Positions 1-12,826 of a stretch of 64,000 nt of DNA are shown here, one piece after another; positions within the stretch are counted from its first letter, which is position 1; the number at the start of each line of letters is the position of its first letter. The stretch comes from Takakia lepidozioides (taxonomy: Eukaryota; Plantae; Bryophyta), in the NCBI GenBank assembly GCA_030704615.1, contig CM060731.1, forward strand, positions 34,658,001 to 34,722,000. The letters are read 5' to 3'. Both the position numbers and the translations under genes were made by a program. The notes under the pieces were generated by a model. That model was not told where the DNA came from. It saw only the letters and a program-made list of their open reading frames with translations, and did no database searches.

Positions 1-183
1 GAGCACAAGTCTCCTCATGTGGGGACAATTTGGTCCCCCCTAAGCACTTTCCAATTTTAGTTTCGTCGCAACATCTTTTTGGGAATATTCATGAATTTTC
101 GGGCATTTTGTCTTATGGTCTTATGCTCACGGGAGGGCATAGCGACTTGAGTGCACTACCCAACCTCCTAGAGTAGTAAAGAC

Positions 184-247
184 GAGGACATTCACGTCCC
201 TTATATAGCCTTTGAGGACATTCACGTCCCTTATATAGCCTTTGAGG
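184..247. repeat. 30-bp tandem duplication
   Basis: GAGGACATTCACGTCCCTTATATAGCCTTT occurs twice in perfect tandem. Confidence 0.9.
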
Positions 248-397
248 GCGGTGGGCCCGACCCCATGAAGTGGCCTTGGAGCCTTCTAGAAGACCGCTCA
301 GACCCGACACATGTCATACCCTAATCACCCCTATTCCCACCACTTGACACCTCTACTCTAAGTACCCAAATTGCGCCCAAACCATCCGCCATTTAAT

Positions 398-784
398 AAA
401 GTTATCCGGAAAGTGCCAAAAACTGACCCACAGTTTTGCCAAAAGTGGGGACCAGTTAAGAAACTTGGGACCAAACTCATACAAAGGAATAAAACACGGG
501 ATGAAACTAGTTTGAGCACCAAAACCGGTGGTCAAACTAGTTTTATACCCAGTTTGGGTTTTGCTGAGTCACGCCCCGTAGCGCCGAGCGACCCGCGAGC
601 AGCAAGCTGCGAGATCGCTACTACACCTGCGTGAAAAAGTAGAGTATTTGCAAGACTCATGCCCAGTTTGGCAAACTCATGCCCAATTTTGTTGACTTTG
701 CTGTTTGCACTCAAATTGGGGATGAAACACAGGTTACAGGTCCAACCTGGAGACCAAACTCGGCATGACTTTAAGGATAACTTT
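398..784. mobile_element. MITE with 3-bp AAT TSD
   Basis: TIRs AAAGTTATCCGGAAAGT / ACTTTAAGGATAACTTT, flanked by AAT on both sides. Internal AAACT-GGG/CCC-AGTTT motifs and TIR are related to the MITE at 3910-4276. Confidence 0.75.
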
Positions 785-2612
785 AATAACTCTTATTTTT
801 TATTTTTCTTTAAATTTTATCCCCTTAAACAATGGAGTATGTAGCTTACTATATGCTCCCGCTTTTTAATACAGGCTCGCAGGTGAGAGGGGAGCAGCGG
901 GAGGTGGGGATTTGACAGCGCACCCTGTCGGGACGTCGCCCCACGTTTGCATTCAACTCGTCGGGTAAGCGTAGCCTAAATGAGGTAGTATTTATCCAAG
1001 TGAACAACAATAATGTAATGCACGCGTGCAATTTGACAACATTTTTGCCGGATTTCGACATAGTCTTAGGATTATTTTCTGCCACCCCCCTTACTGGGGA
1101 CTCCGCAATCTAGTAAAGACAATGATTGACGAGTTACGACTACAGTAGTTTAGTGTGTAAGCCTCTCTCGAAATAATGGCTGGACATTTAGTATTTCGTT
1201 ATCCCACTGAAATGTACGGAGAGCAAAGAATGAATTGGAAAAATGGCATTTCAAATCTCTAAGTCAGAAATCTGCCCAGGCCATTCGCTTGAGCCCCCCT
1301 TTGTTGCCTTGAGCACGTTGGGGTAGTGGTTGTTGTTGGCTAGGAGCACAACACCAAAGGATGCGCCTCCTACTTGCCAGAGGTGTGAAAACCATACAGG
1401 GCACTAAATTTCGTGCCCTTATGTCAGGTATTCCAGCATACAGAGTTGTTGGAATGAGGCCAGTATGTAGGTTTTGGCTCAGTCGCTCTTCAACTGCGTG
1501 CACACTGTGATGTATGTTGAGATGGTGTTGCTTGTGTAATCTGTACATCAAAACTGGTTACTTTGTCTGCTTCTCAAGCAAGATGTCAGTGACTTCGACT
1601 AGTATTGCAAACTGGCTATATGGGGCTGCTCATATGACAATGCACTTGCACCAGGCTTGGCAATATACTTTCAGATTGTGACCTTGCTGAACCCATCATT
1701 ATGTTGTTTTTGCAATGTAGCTCCCCTTCTTACCACCCTTTACGGGGATCATTTGCTTTGTCCAAAGATAGAGATATGTTGGGATGGATGGCAGAACCTT
1801 GTGGTAGCAAAGAAAGAGAGCGCAGGGGCCTACACGTTAACTCATCATGACAGCGGCCATGCCTTGCTTTGCAGGGTACAGTCCATGGATGCCCTTCACT
1901 ATACTATCAGATCTGATGGTGGAATGGTAGAGAAGGTTTATTGGCAATGGGAGAACTTTTCTTGACCCCCTGGATCTGAACTTGTCATGCTGGAGACAGT
2001 CTGGCCAATTCCTTTGTAAAAGATCCCAAAATTGCACTGGACTCTAGTGCAGATCTGCAAATTTCAGCTTTTGGAAATACATAGTGGAAACACTGTAACT
2101 GTACCATAGCTTAGATGCAAATTTACAGTTGTATTTGATCCTTTCTCACATTGAAACCATATGTTGAAGCTCAAGCCTGGGTTGCGCACTCACATACAAA
2201 TTTTGCAAACTTCTTCACATTTGCATCATCTGACTTTGGTAGCTTGATTGGACATGGGAGGCGGACTGTGCGCGCTTGTACGTGAAAGAAGGTGTCGACC
2301 TAAGTTGGACATTGAACCCAGCACAATCATGAATGTTGAGATCTGTTCAAGTAACTAATCATTCATAAATTTTTCGAACACACCTTCTGGACGAAGATTT
2401 TACATTGAACCTGAGAAGAAAGCATGGCCCGATCAAAGCTGTAGTCTAAAGGCCGGGCAATAAGTCATACCGTCGTGTACACTGTACTGGTGAAGTGTAC
2501 ATATGAGTCCGGAGTTACTCTGTACATGTATGCAAAACGCTGAGGCTCAAAGCACGCATAACTGATCATGATGGGAAAAACCCACAACCCTGACTTCAAT
2601 TTGAACAGATAA

Positions 2613-3838
2613 TTAGAACTCTAGCTCTTGGCGCTCACCCCAAAACTTTCCTGAAGGCCCTCCAGGAGGCTGGAGAGCTAGCCACACACCAGTCTCAGCA
2701 CCTTCACTAGCTGTGCGCACGATCATTCCGGGTGGCGGATCCACCGACTCAGTCATATCTGTTATAGTATACCCGGGACAGTAACTGTTGACGACGATGC
2801 TCTCGCCTTGCGGTCGGCCAGAGAGGGCGCGGTGCAATATGCTCACGTACGCATTCACCGCAATCTTCGAAACAGCATACGCTCCTTCAAACTTTTCGGG
2901 CCATCCCTTCTCCTTCGATGCCCACTTCCCAGTTCTCACATCTTGGAGAAACTCATCAATGAACTTGTTGACAGTGGCTTCTTCGATGTGTTCACGATCA
3001 GCAAGCTCTTCACGATACTTGTTTGTCAAGTACTGAGAGGCAGACAAGAAACAATGTTTTACAAAACTAAGCCGCCATACATACTACTGCAAGCACTATG
3101 TAAACTTGTCTTCTGAGCAAGAAGAATAACCATATGAGGGGATTCAAAAACAAAACAATTTCACAATGTCTGAGAGGGAGACCTGAAGCAGTCCAGCTCG
3201 TGAAGCGACCACCACAATGCGAGCACCAGCCTTAGAGTGTCGTAGAATTGGGAGCAAGGCTTCTGTTACGAACTTGACACCGTCATAGTTGGTCCTTATG
3301 ACACCTTCTGCATACTGAGGTCCGGTCTTGAAGATCCCAGCATTATTTACCTGTCCATGTGCAACAGAATGCACGGTCAGTTTCTCAACTTCCAACAACC
3401 AACCAGTACCCCACCCCCTTCCCCCCAGTATGTAACTTCTTTAATAGCTAATGTCAGTGGCTAGCGTTTGTCTATGTAGGAGTCTAATATTTTCTTGTCT
3501 GCATGGATCCATGGGACAGGACCCAGATATAACACGTCCTCTGAATTGGGAATTTATCGCGATGCTCACCAGGATATCAATACCACCATAAGTGTCGCGA
3601 AGCCAATTTGCGAGTGTCCGTGCAGAATCTTCGCTAGTGACATCAAGAAGATGGAAAGCAACCTGCTGTAGCCCTTCCTTTTTCAAAGCTTCAAGGGCCT
3701 GGAGGCCACGATGTTTATCGCGCGCAGTCAGAACTGTGATGATCCCATTTTCCGCCAATTGACGTGCAATCTCGAAGCCTATGCCCTTATTCGCCCCCGT
3801 CACAACCGCCACTGTGTCCTTGGACCACCACCTCACTC
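2613..3838 (-). CDS. Short-chain dehydrogenase/reductase (carbonyl reductase / neomenthol dehydrogenase-like), copy 1; exons ~3838-3570, 3350-3183, 3032-2613; first exon unresolved
   Basis: RWWSKDTVAVVTGANKGIG (TGxxxGIG), DIL|VNNAG across a GT-AG intron, RTNYDG, catalytic YAVSK, CPG, GPSGKFW. Confidence 0.9.
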
Positions 3839-3909
3839 TACATGCACACGAAGTATCCACATGTCAGATCAGTTATGTAAGAATCGGGTACAAAGGTTAG
3901 AGCTACATT

Positions 3910-4276
3910 AGAGTTATCCGTAAAGTGAGCCTGAGTTTGGTACCCTGTTTGGACCCGAGTTACTGGTTTCATCCTGAGTTTGAGTTAATCCGTAAAGTGC
4001 AGAAAACTGAGCACGAAGTCAGAAAAGAGGGCACCAAATCATAAACTGGGGATGAGGGCAACCGCTGCTATGGCGCGAGCTCCCGAGCTCTGACCGCCTC
4101 CGCCTCGACGACTAACAAAACTCGGCACCACCAAACTCCTGCCACCCCCATTTTCCTAGTCCTGGCAGTTTGGTGTTTTTTTCTAGTCGGACCGCTTTGA
4201 GTTTCGAGTTTCATCCCGAGTTTTGGCCAAACTCAGGGTTCTCGTGCCGAGTTTGGGACCCTTTACGGATAACTCT
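3910..4276. mobile_element. MITE in or upstream of SDR copy 1, 3-bp ATT TSD
   Basis: Perfect 16-bp TIR AGAGTTATCCGTAAAG / CTTTACGGATAACTCT, flanked by ATT. The paralogue has the empty site ACATTTTCAA at ~12887. Confidence 0.9.
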
Positions 4277-4859
4277 ATTTTCAAGGACCACATACGAAGA
4301 AATTCAACATTGGAGAGCAGCGTGGGTCCGAGGAGTATTCTACAAGTTGAACAACAGAGCTGGTCCATACATATGGTTATCCTCAAACTATTCCTCCAAA
4401 CAGAATTTTGACATGTATACATAATTTTCACCAGAACTACCACACTGCATGGATCCGCACTATCCAAGATCTATGAGAAAATCTCACTGGAAACTAGCTG
4501 TATGTACAGTTAAATGACCTGACCGAGCTACTCCTGGGACTCTTCAATCACTCAAACACTTCGCAATACCACAGGAGCACTACAGCCTCGACCCACTCCT
4601 CTCCCTGATACAGTCCAAATCTAATCTCTAGATCGACTCCATGTAAAACCATCATCTCAACACGCTACTGAGAGACAAGACATGGAATTCAATGCAATCT
4701 AAAGTCCACAGTTCGCCTACGCATCGCCTACTCAAAGGCGATGTTGGGAAGAGCGGGATGAGAGTCGAGCAGACTTACTCATCTGACACAGTACCCATGA
4801 TACCTTCCTCCCCGTGATCAATTCCAAGCTGCTCTTTGCTTTGCTCGCCCTACACTCAC

Positions 4860-4862
<3 letters not shown>

Positions 4863-4912
<50 letters not shown>
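4863..4912. repeat. (CT)n microsatellite
   Basis: About 25 CT units. Confidence 0.95.
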
Positions 4913-4916
<4 letters not shown>

Positions 4917-5986
4917 CCGTATGTCAGTATTCATGAACCTCCGAATCGGGGTTTATATGCGGGACCTGGACTGTATGCACGTGGCATCTTGGCACGTATA
5001 ATGAGTAGTTACCAGGGTGGCTTCGCCTGTGAATTTTGCATAGCCTCGTCACAAGGGTCCTTCCATCGTGCCAATCTTAGTAGGTATCAACTAGGGTATC
5101 ATGTGCCGTTGGCCCACCCCTATGTATCCAGAAACCCTGCAGTTTGGGAGATCTCCACGTCATTGTTCCAGGAAAGCCCACTTTGCTGTTTTTCACGAAT
5201 TTCCAGCCACCAAAAGTACTTGAAATTTCATATCTCCCACACCTCAGGTCCAAAAATTGTGAGTTGCACCCCTCCTCATCGAGGGCTTTCCAACGATACC
5301 AAGCACTAGGGCTCGGCCCGCGGTTCAAGCTACAAAACAAAACAAAACAAACAAAAAAACTACCTGCTCCATATATTGATGCCATAGTAACGACGTTGGC
5401 TTCCTTGGCGGCCTAGACCCCCGCAAGTGCATGCATTTACAAGCTAGCCAAGCTTGCCGGAAAGTGCCAAGATTTCTTAGGATGGCACCTTAGGAGATTC
5501 CTCCTCTTCCTTGAGGAAGCACCTGACGTAGCAGAATGTTCCTGCTCTCGTGAGCCATCCGATCTAGCAAATCGCAGCCATCAAAATGCACCATGCGAGC
5601 CCCGCATTTCAGGAAGACCCCCACCCACACCCTACACAAAATGCAAATGGTGGATGCTATAGCAAATTGCGGAGTGAGTCACCCCACATTGGCAATCTTC
5701 TCCAACTATGTATATAACGTGCAATATTGTTGTATTTGTGAAAAATTGTGCATGATCTAGATATGGAAACAATAGTGTCCACCTGTGATAAATGTTAGGA
5801 GTAGGAAAAAAAACCCACATTCAGACAAGGTTAACATTTTAACAGTTAGGGAGGGATAAATTAAGCATATTAACATTTACAAAATGACACATACATAGCA
5901 TCCACTTCTTTTACACGAACACTTAGAGACACAATCTCAATACCATGTACCTGCAAACCATCTCACACATGTACAACTAGCACATA

Positions 5987-6346
5987 GGGTATGTTGGCCT
6001 ATGACCGTTCAAGTAAGGATGGTGAAAATTCTAACGGTGAATTTTTGTCATTTTTACCTCGGGTAATTTTCATAAGGTGTCCCACATAATACAAACTTGG
6101 AACTATTGGATTTCATGAATCCTACACAAAGTTGTATGGTTTCAAAGTCGAACCAATCAGAATGCTTGTATACACCAAGAGCCCTATGACCAATCACACT
6201 TTGTGGGGGGTTATATCAAATGATTGTTTGCCAAGTGACAAAAATGGACAGTCTTGGGACCAGCACTGCATGGTCATAGGTACTGACAGCAGCGTTAATG
6301 GGGTGTTCGGTCATAGACGCTTGTTCGGTCATAGGCCAACTTACCC
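5987..6346. mobile_element. MITE with TA TSD (Tc1/mariner-type)
   Basis: TIR GGGTATGTTGGCCTATGACCG / CGGTCATAGGCCAACTTACCC, flanked by TA on both sides. Confidence 0.8.
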
Positions 6347-6595
6347 TAGGTGATCTTGTCTCACAAAAACAACCTCCATCTGCTTCAAAGAAGCTCCACT
6401 ATCCAAAACCGCAATTAGGACAATTTCCTTCCGCCTAGACCCCACTACCGGCTACTGGAAGGTTAATATGCAACAGGAAATGCCCTAAACAGTACATCAT
6501 ACCCACTATTCTCTGGAAATGGTGGATAAACCAAGAAGCTATGCAGATCCATGAATGAAGCAAGACACTCGTGCCTTTGCTAGAAAAAGGTCGTT

Positions 6596-9500
6596 TCACC
6601 AGTAATCCCCACAAGAACAAACCCCATCTTCAAAGTGGTGAAAGCGGTTAGCGTCCCGGACAACAATTGCTCGGCCAACTATCTTTGAGATGAACTTGGT
6701 GGCAGTGTGGCAGTCACCACACACCCGAAGATTCTTGATGAGACGGAGAGGCATCCCAGGGGAGGTGCTGATCAGCCCAAAAGCAATGGCCAGCTTCTCA
6801 CTGTGATGGCAAAGAAAAAATTCCTTTTGCTCCTCCCCCACATCATGCAATACAAAGCGCGTGTCAGGCACATATCCTGCCTCCTTCATCTGCCCAGACA
6901 ATCTTCTCAGCTCACCATAAATTTCCTCAATTTTTGGATGCAATTTCTCATCTACAACAAAGGTGTGCACCCTGTTGCCAACCTCAATGCAGCAGCGACC
7001 TGGCTCCTTTCTAACCCCTCTGACCTTCATCATTTTTCTCACCTTTGCACTATCGCCCCACCTGCCAGCTGCGGCATAGATGTTTGATAGCAACACATAA
7101 GTCGCAGCGTCCTGTTCATCCCACTTGAGAATACATGTTGCCGCGCGTTCAGCCATCTCCACATTGCCATGGATTCTGCAGGCACCAAGCAAGGGGCCCC
7201 ACACCACAGCATTTGGTTTCATTGGCATTTTGTTAATGAAGTCCTCTGCCTCATCCAATCGCCCTGCACGTCCAAGAAGGTCCACCATGCAGCCAAAGTG
7301 CTCCGGCATAGGAGTGATACCATGATCTTGACTCAGGGAGTCAAAGTAGTATCTGCCTTCATCCACCAGGCCAGCATGGCTACATGCAGAGAGAACACAT
7401 AGGAAAGTGATACTGTCCAGCTTCAAGCCCTCCACTTGCATTTCTTCCAACAGTTGTAGGGCCTCCACATCACAACCATGCTGGGCATATCCTGCAATCA
7501 TCGTGTTCCAGGACACCACATCTCGATAGGCCATATGGTCAAACACTCCCTTTGCATCCTTGATGCTCCCGCATTTGGCATACATGTCCACCAGGGTACT
7601 GTTCAGAATGACATCTGGTACAATTCCCGCTTTGATGATGTCACCATGGACCTCTTTACCCTTTTCCAGGGCTGCCAGGCTTGCACACGCATTGCAAACG
7701 CAAACGAACGTGACCCGGTTGGGCTTCACCCCTTCCCGCATCATTTGCTCATAGGTCTCCAAAGCCTCCATCCCGCACCCATGTTGTGCGTATCCTGCGA
7801 TCATTGCATTCCACGAAACCACATCTCGTTCAGCCATATTGTCAAACACTCCCTTTGCATCCTCGATGCTCCCACCTTTAGCATACATGTCCACCAGGGT
7901 ATTGTTCAGAACGATATCTGGTACAATTCCAGCTTTGATCATGTAACTATGGATCTCTTTGCCCTTTTCCAGGGCTGCCAGGCTTGCACATGCATTGCAA
8001 ACGCAAATGAATGTAACACGGTCAGGCTTCACCCCTTCCTGCATCATTTGCTCATATGCTTCCAAAGCATCCATTGTGCAGCCATGCTGCGCATATCCTG
8101 AAATTATTGCTGTCCAGGAGACCACATCTCGTTCAGACATATTGTCAAACACTCCCTTTGCAGCTTCCATGCTGCCACATTTGGCATACATGTCCATGAG
8201 GGTATTGTTCAGAATGATATCTGGTATAATTCCAGATTTGATGATGTCACCATGGACCCGTTTGCCCTTTTCCATGGCTGACAGGCTCGCACACGCATTG
8301 CAAATGCAAACAAAGGTGACCTGGTCCGGCTTCACCCCTTCCCACATCATTTGCTCATAGGTCTCCAAAGCCTCCATCCCACACCCATGCTGCACATATC
8401 CTGCAAGAATAGCACTCCAGGACACCACAGTTCGTTCAGCCATATCATCGAACACTCTCTTTGCATCTTTGAAGCTCCCGCATTTGGCATACATATCCAC
8501 GAGGGCATTGTTCAGAATGATATCTGGTACAATCCCAGCTTTGACGATGTCACCATGGACCTCTTTGCCCTTTTCCAGGTCTGCAAGGCTTGCACATGCA
8601 TTGGAAACAGAAACAAATGTGACCCGATCTGGCTTCACCCCTTCCTGCATCATTTGCTCATAGGTCTCCAAAGCCTCCATCCCGCACCCATGCTGGGCAT
8701 ATCCCGCAATCATCGCGTTCCAGGACACCACATCTCGTTCAGCCATATTTTCAAACACTCTCTTTGCATCATCAATGCTGCCACATTTGGCATACATATC
8801 CATGAGGGCGGTGTGCAGAATGACATCTGGTACAATTCCAGCTTTGATCAGGTCCCCATGGACCTGTTTGCCCTTCTCCAGGGCTGCCAGGCTCGCACAT
8901 GCCTTGCAAACACTAACGAACGTGACCCGGTCTGGCTTCACCCCTTCCCAGACCATTTGCTCATATGTCTCCAAGGCATTCTTACCACACCCATGCTTGG
9001 TAAATCCTGCCATCATTATATTCCACGTGATCAAATCTCGATCAGGCATTTTGGTGAACACTTGGTGTGCATCCACAATGTTCCCGCACTTGACATACAT
9101 GTTGACAAGGGTGTTATGTAGAAAAACGTTTGGCTTGAATCCACTTTGGATAATGTGGGCGTGCACCTGCTTTCCAGCTTCCAGGCCTTTCATCTTGATG
9201 CACTTATGCAAGAGAAAGACATAAGTATATGAATCCATTGAAACGACTCCTTGCTTTAATTTCTGTAGAGCCTCTTTCAGTTGCCCTGCCTCAGAAAGCA
9301 TCTTCACCTGCCCAGAAGAGGCACTGTGAACTCTCTTTCCTGGTCCTCTTTCAGAAGCTGTGGTCATGGTGGATGTGCCTGATTTTATCAAATGTGTCGC
9401 CACTGCTGCTTCCAGTTGTCCCTCTACCCATGCAGGTTTCTCGTAGCTATCGATCCACAGGGAATCATAGGTAATCTTGAAACCTGGCCCTCTCGGATGA

Positions 9501-10390
9501 ATCTGGACCCACATTCTATCCCTGTTCCTTCAGCTATCCCCTGCCTCTGCACCAATAATGCATAGATCCTCGCCTTGCTGCGAGTAGCTGACTATAACAG
9601 CCTAATTTTTTCCTAGAAACACCCCAACCCTACTTATCACACTCTAGTTCCTATCCTCGATTGCTCCCACGACCTTAAAAATGTGCTGGGGAGAGAGAGG
9701 GGATGACAGTTTCCGAGAATTCACCTTTTTGCCTCCATCGTCCCACCCTTGACTAGGATTGAAAAATATTCCTTGCAAAGCTTCTTTTCGTCTCTGTTAT
9801 CCGTCGTTGGATATTTTCCTGTTACCACATTGACAGTAACATGTCAAAATCACTCCAAACCACCATAGATTCATCCGACAAGCTACCTTGGAGAATTCAA
9901 CATGAAACAATTAGGGGCAATTCTGATAACAAGCAAAACAGACCGAAATGTGTTGAAGAAGGCGCCCTCACCACATCGTCCTTGACCTTGTGTCATGAAA
10001 GCAGCTGACTTTCTTTTCACCCAAGGCGGATTCAACCAAACATCAACCAAAAGGACCTCTTGTGTGCACTGCTTGTGTCTGTAATCAGGTGATCTCGGAT
10101 TGCTCTGTGAGAACCACCACAGTTCAGTTCAATAGATTTAAACAAAACCTCCGAAGACCAAGCTAACCCTCCCAAGTACCTTGTAAACACCATGAAAAAT
10201 ACAAATCGTGATACCGACAGGAAAACCCATTCTGCGGAACGACCAAACTACCTCACATCGTACACTAAGAGAGCCACACCTTGCCATTGCAGTTGTCCCA
10301 CCATTGTGAAGGATCTGTACCAAACTCATGCCAGCCCTGCTCCATGCTCCACGGTAGACCGAAACTCCCAAAGCATGAGCACTTCGACAT
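6596..10390 (-). CDS. PLS-class PPR protein with E1-E2-DYW deaminase (organellar C-to-U editing factor) and N-terminal PDF-like motif; main exon 9502-6596, upstream exon ending at 10280
   Basis: L-S, then five PLS triplets (303-bp repeats), P2-L2-S2, E1, E2, PG box, HSEKLA, CGDCH and terminal DYW. Upstream exon WHEFGTDPSQWWDNCNGK|gt joins in phase 0 to ag|IHPRGPGFK. The start codon is uncertain. Confidence 0.9.
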
Positions 10391-11487
10391 GTTCCTTTAT
10401 GCAGTGCTCGTGTAGCTTTCAACAACATTCAATAAGTTACAACGTCATAACCCATCACGGAAGATGTGAATGTCCCAAAACAAGCCTCTGCTGCCATAAC
10501 TTACCGCAGCCAAGATCGTTCCATCGTGCCTCCCACACACACCCAGCGAGCAAAGTTTGATCTGGGTTACCTTCCACGACTGACACCCTGATTCATTCGT
10601 TACACAATCTGTCATCTAAGAACATCGGAGGTTTGCCACAGTGGCGCTGTTGGGCAAACAATGTAATGTATGTACAATATATAAGAGGCCCCGTGCCCCT
10701 GGGGGCCTCCCGGAACGTGTGACCAAGGCTAGTCGGCTTAGCAGGCCCTCCAGCTCTGTGCTTCTCTGCGCCGGTTTTTTTTTTTTGGTGCTTTGTGTCC
10801 GTGCTGGAATCCGTGGATCCTATCAAGTATGTGCTGTGTAGTCACCATCACATGTAAGCCTTAAGGCTTCTCTCAGATTAAGATTGTGCAGTTTCTTTGT
10901 TGGCCTGCATGTGTGTAGGTGAGATATGTGCGGTTGAACAGAAGGGAAAAATATTAAAAATCTTCAGACTGATCGAGGGGTTTGCAGACCTCAGTGAGTG
11001 GTGTGCCTGCGGATATCATATTTCTCTGAAGTTACCGATTATGAGTGTTGGAGTGTAGGAGTGACTGTTGAAACTGATCTCAAGTCTGGGTTTGCACACT
11101 CACACACAAACTTTGCAAACTAACTCATAGTTGCACTGTCTGACTTTGTTCGCTTGACTGGACATGGGAGGAGGCCGTGTGGCACTCTTGTACGTTTAAG
11201 AAGATGTGCTCTCTGGACATTGAACCCAGCAGAATGTTGAGATCTGTTCAAGTAACTAATCATTCACAAAGTTTTCCAACATCCTTCAGGATGATTTTGC
11301 ACTCAACCTGAGAAGAAAGACTGGCCCCATCAAGGGCGTAGGTGCAATAACGTGTACATGTTCATTGTATTGGTCAACTGTACATACGGGTCCGGAGTTA
11401 CATTGTTCATGTATGAAGTAAGCTGAGGCTCCAAGAACTGATCATGATAGGAAAAATCCACAACGAATGACTTCAATATGAAGATAC

Positions 11488-12826
11488 TTAGAATTCTATC
11501 TCTTGGCACTCAGCCCAAAACTTTCCAGAAGGCCCTCCAGGAGGCTGGAGAGCTAGCCACACACCAGTGTCAGCACCTTCACTAGCTGGGTGGAATGTCA
11601 TTTCATTTTTGACAGGCCCTAGCTCAATCTGTAAATCTGTCTCCGTAGCCCCGGGACAGTAACTGTTGATTGCGATGCTCTCGTCTTGCGGTCGACCAGA
11701 GAGGGTGCGGTGCAATATGCTGACGTACGCATTCACCGCAATCTTCGAAACATTATATGATGCTGCTTCATACCTTTGGGACCATCCCTTCTCCTTTGAT
11801 GCCCACGTCCCAGTGCGCACATCTTGGAGAAACTCATCGATGAACTTGTTGACAGTGGCTTCTTCGATGTGTTCACGATCAGCAAGCTCTTCATGATACT
11901 TGTTTTTCAAGTACTGACAGGCAGCCAAAGAAACAATGTTTCAAAGCCAAGCTGTTGTACATACTACTGCATGACCGAAGTTTAGGAGACAAAAATGCAG
12001 CATGCTAGGCAAAGCTGGATAAACATGTCACATGACGATGTACACAACTCTCAGATAGAGTATTGGCAAACCTGAAGAGAAAGGTTCACTATCTAAACTT
12101 TTCTTCAGACCTTATGAGGGGACAAAAAACACTTTCACAATGTCTGAGAGGGAGACCTGAAGCAGGCCAGCTCGTGACCCGACCACCACAATGCGAGCAC
12201 CAGCCTTAGAGTGTCGTAAAATTGGGAGCAAGGCTTCTGTTACGCGCTTGACACCGTCATAGTTGGTCCTTATGACACCTTCTACATCCTCTACAGTCAG
12301 AGGTCCGGTCTTCAAAATCCCGGCATTGTTTACCTGCCCATGACAGAATGCATGGTCAGTTTCTCAACTTCCAACAAACGACCAGTACTCCACCCCCCCT
12401 CCTTTGCCCCCAGTATGTAACTTCTTTAATAGCTAGGTCAATGGCTCGCGCCTGTCGAGTCTAATATCTTCTTGTCTGCATGGATCCATGACAGCATGAG
12501 GGCCAGGATCCCAGATATAACAGGCCCTCTGAATGGGGAAATTATCGCGTAGCTCACCAGGATATCAATACCACCATAAGTGTCGCGAAGCCAATTTGCC
12601 AGTGTCCGTGCAGAATCTTCGCTAGTGACATCAAGAAGATGGAAAGCAACCTGCTGTAGCCCTTCCTTTTTCAAAGCTTCAAGGGCCTTCAGGCCACGAT
12701 GTTTATCGCGCGCAGTCAGAACTGTGGTGATCCCATTTTCCGCCAATTGACGTGCAATCTCGAAGCCTATGCCCTTGTTGGCCCCTGTCACCACTGCCAC
12801 TGTGTCCTTGGACCACCACCTCACTC
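11488..12826 (-). CDS. Short-chain dehydrogenase/reductase, copy 2; exons ~12826-12558, 12333-12157, 11913-11488
   Basis: Same motifs and intron positions as copy 1; catalytic YNVSK. Confidence 0.9.

Larger units (their letters stand above)
2150..4860. repeat. Segmental duplication unit, paired with ~11065-13520
   Basis: Colinear similarity through the 3' flank, exons, introns and 5' flank of the two SDR copies; boundaries approximate. Confidence 0.85.

Noticed and set aside
1264-2037. Possible decayed TE coding sequence
   Set aside because: No diagnostic motif that I can support.
4997-5376. Possible MITE with degenerate TIRs
   Set aside because: The TIR match is too weak to call.
6707-9474. 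Multiple plus-strand ORFs
   Set aside because: Antisense shadows of the PPR repeats.
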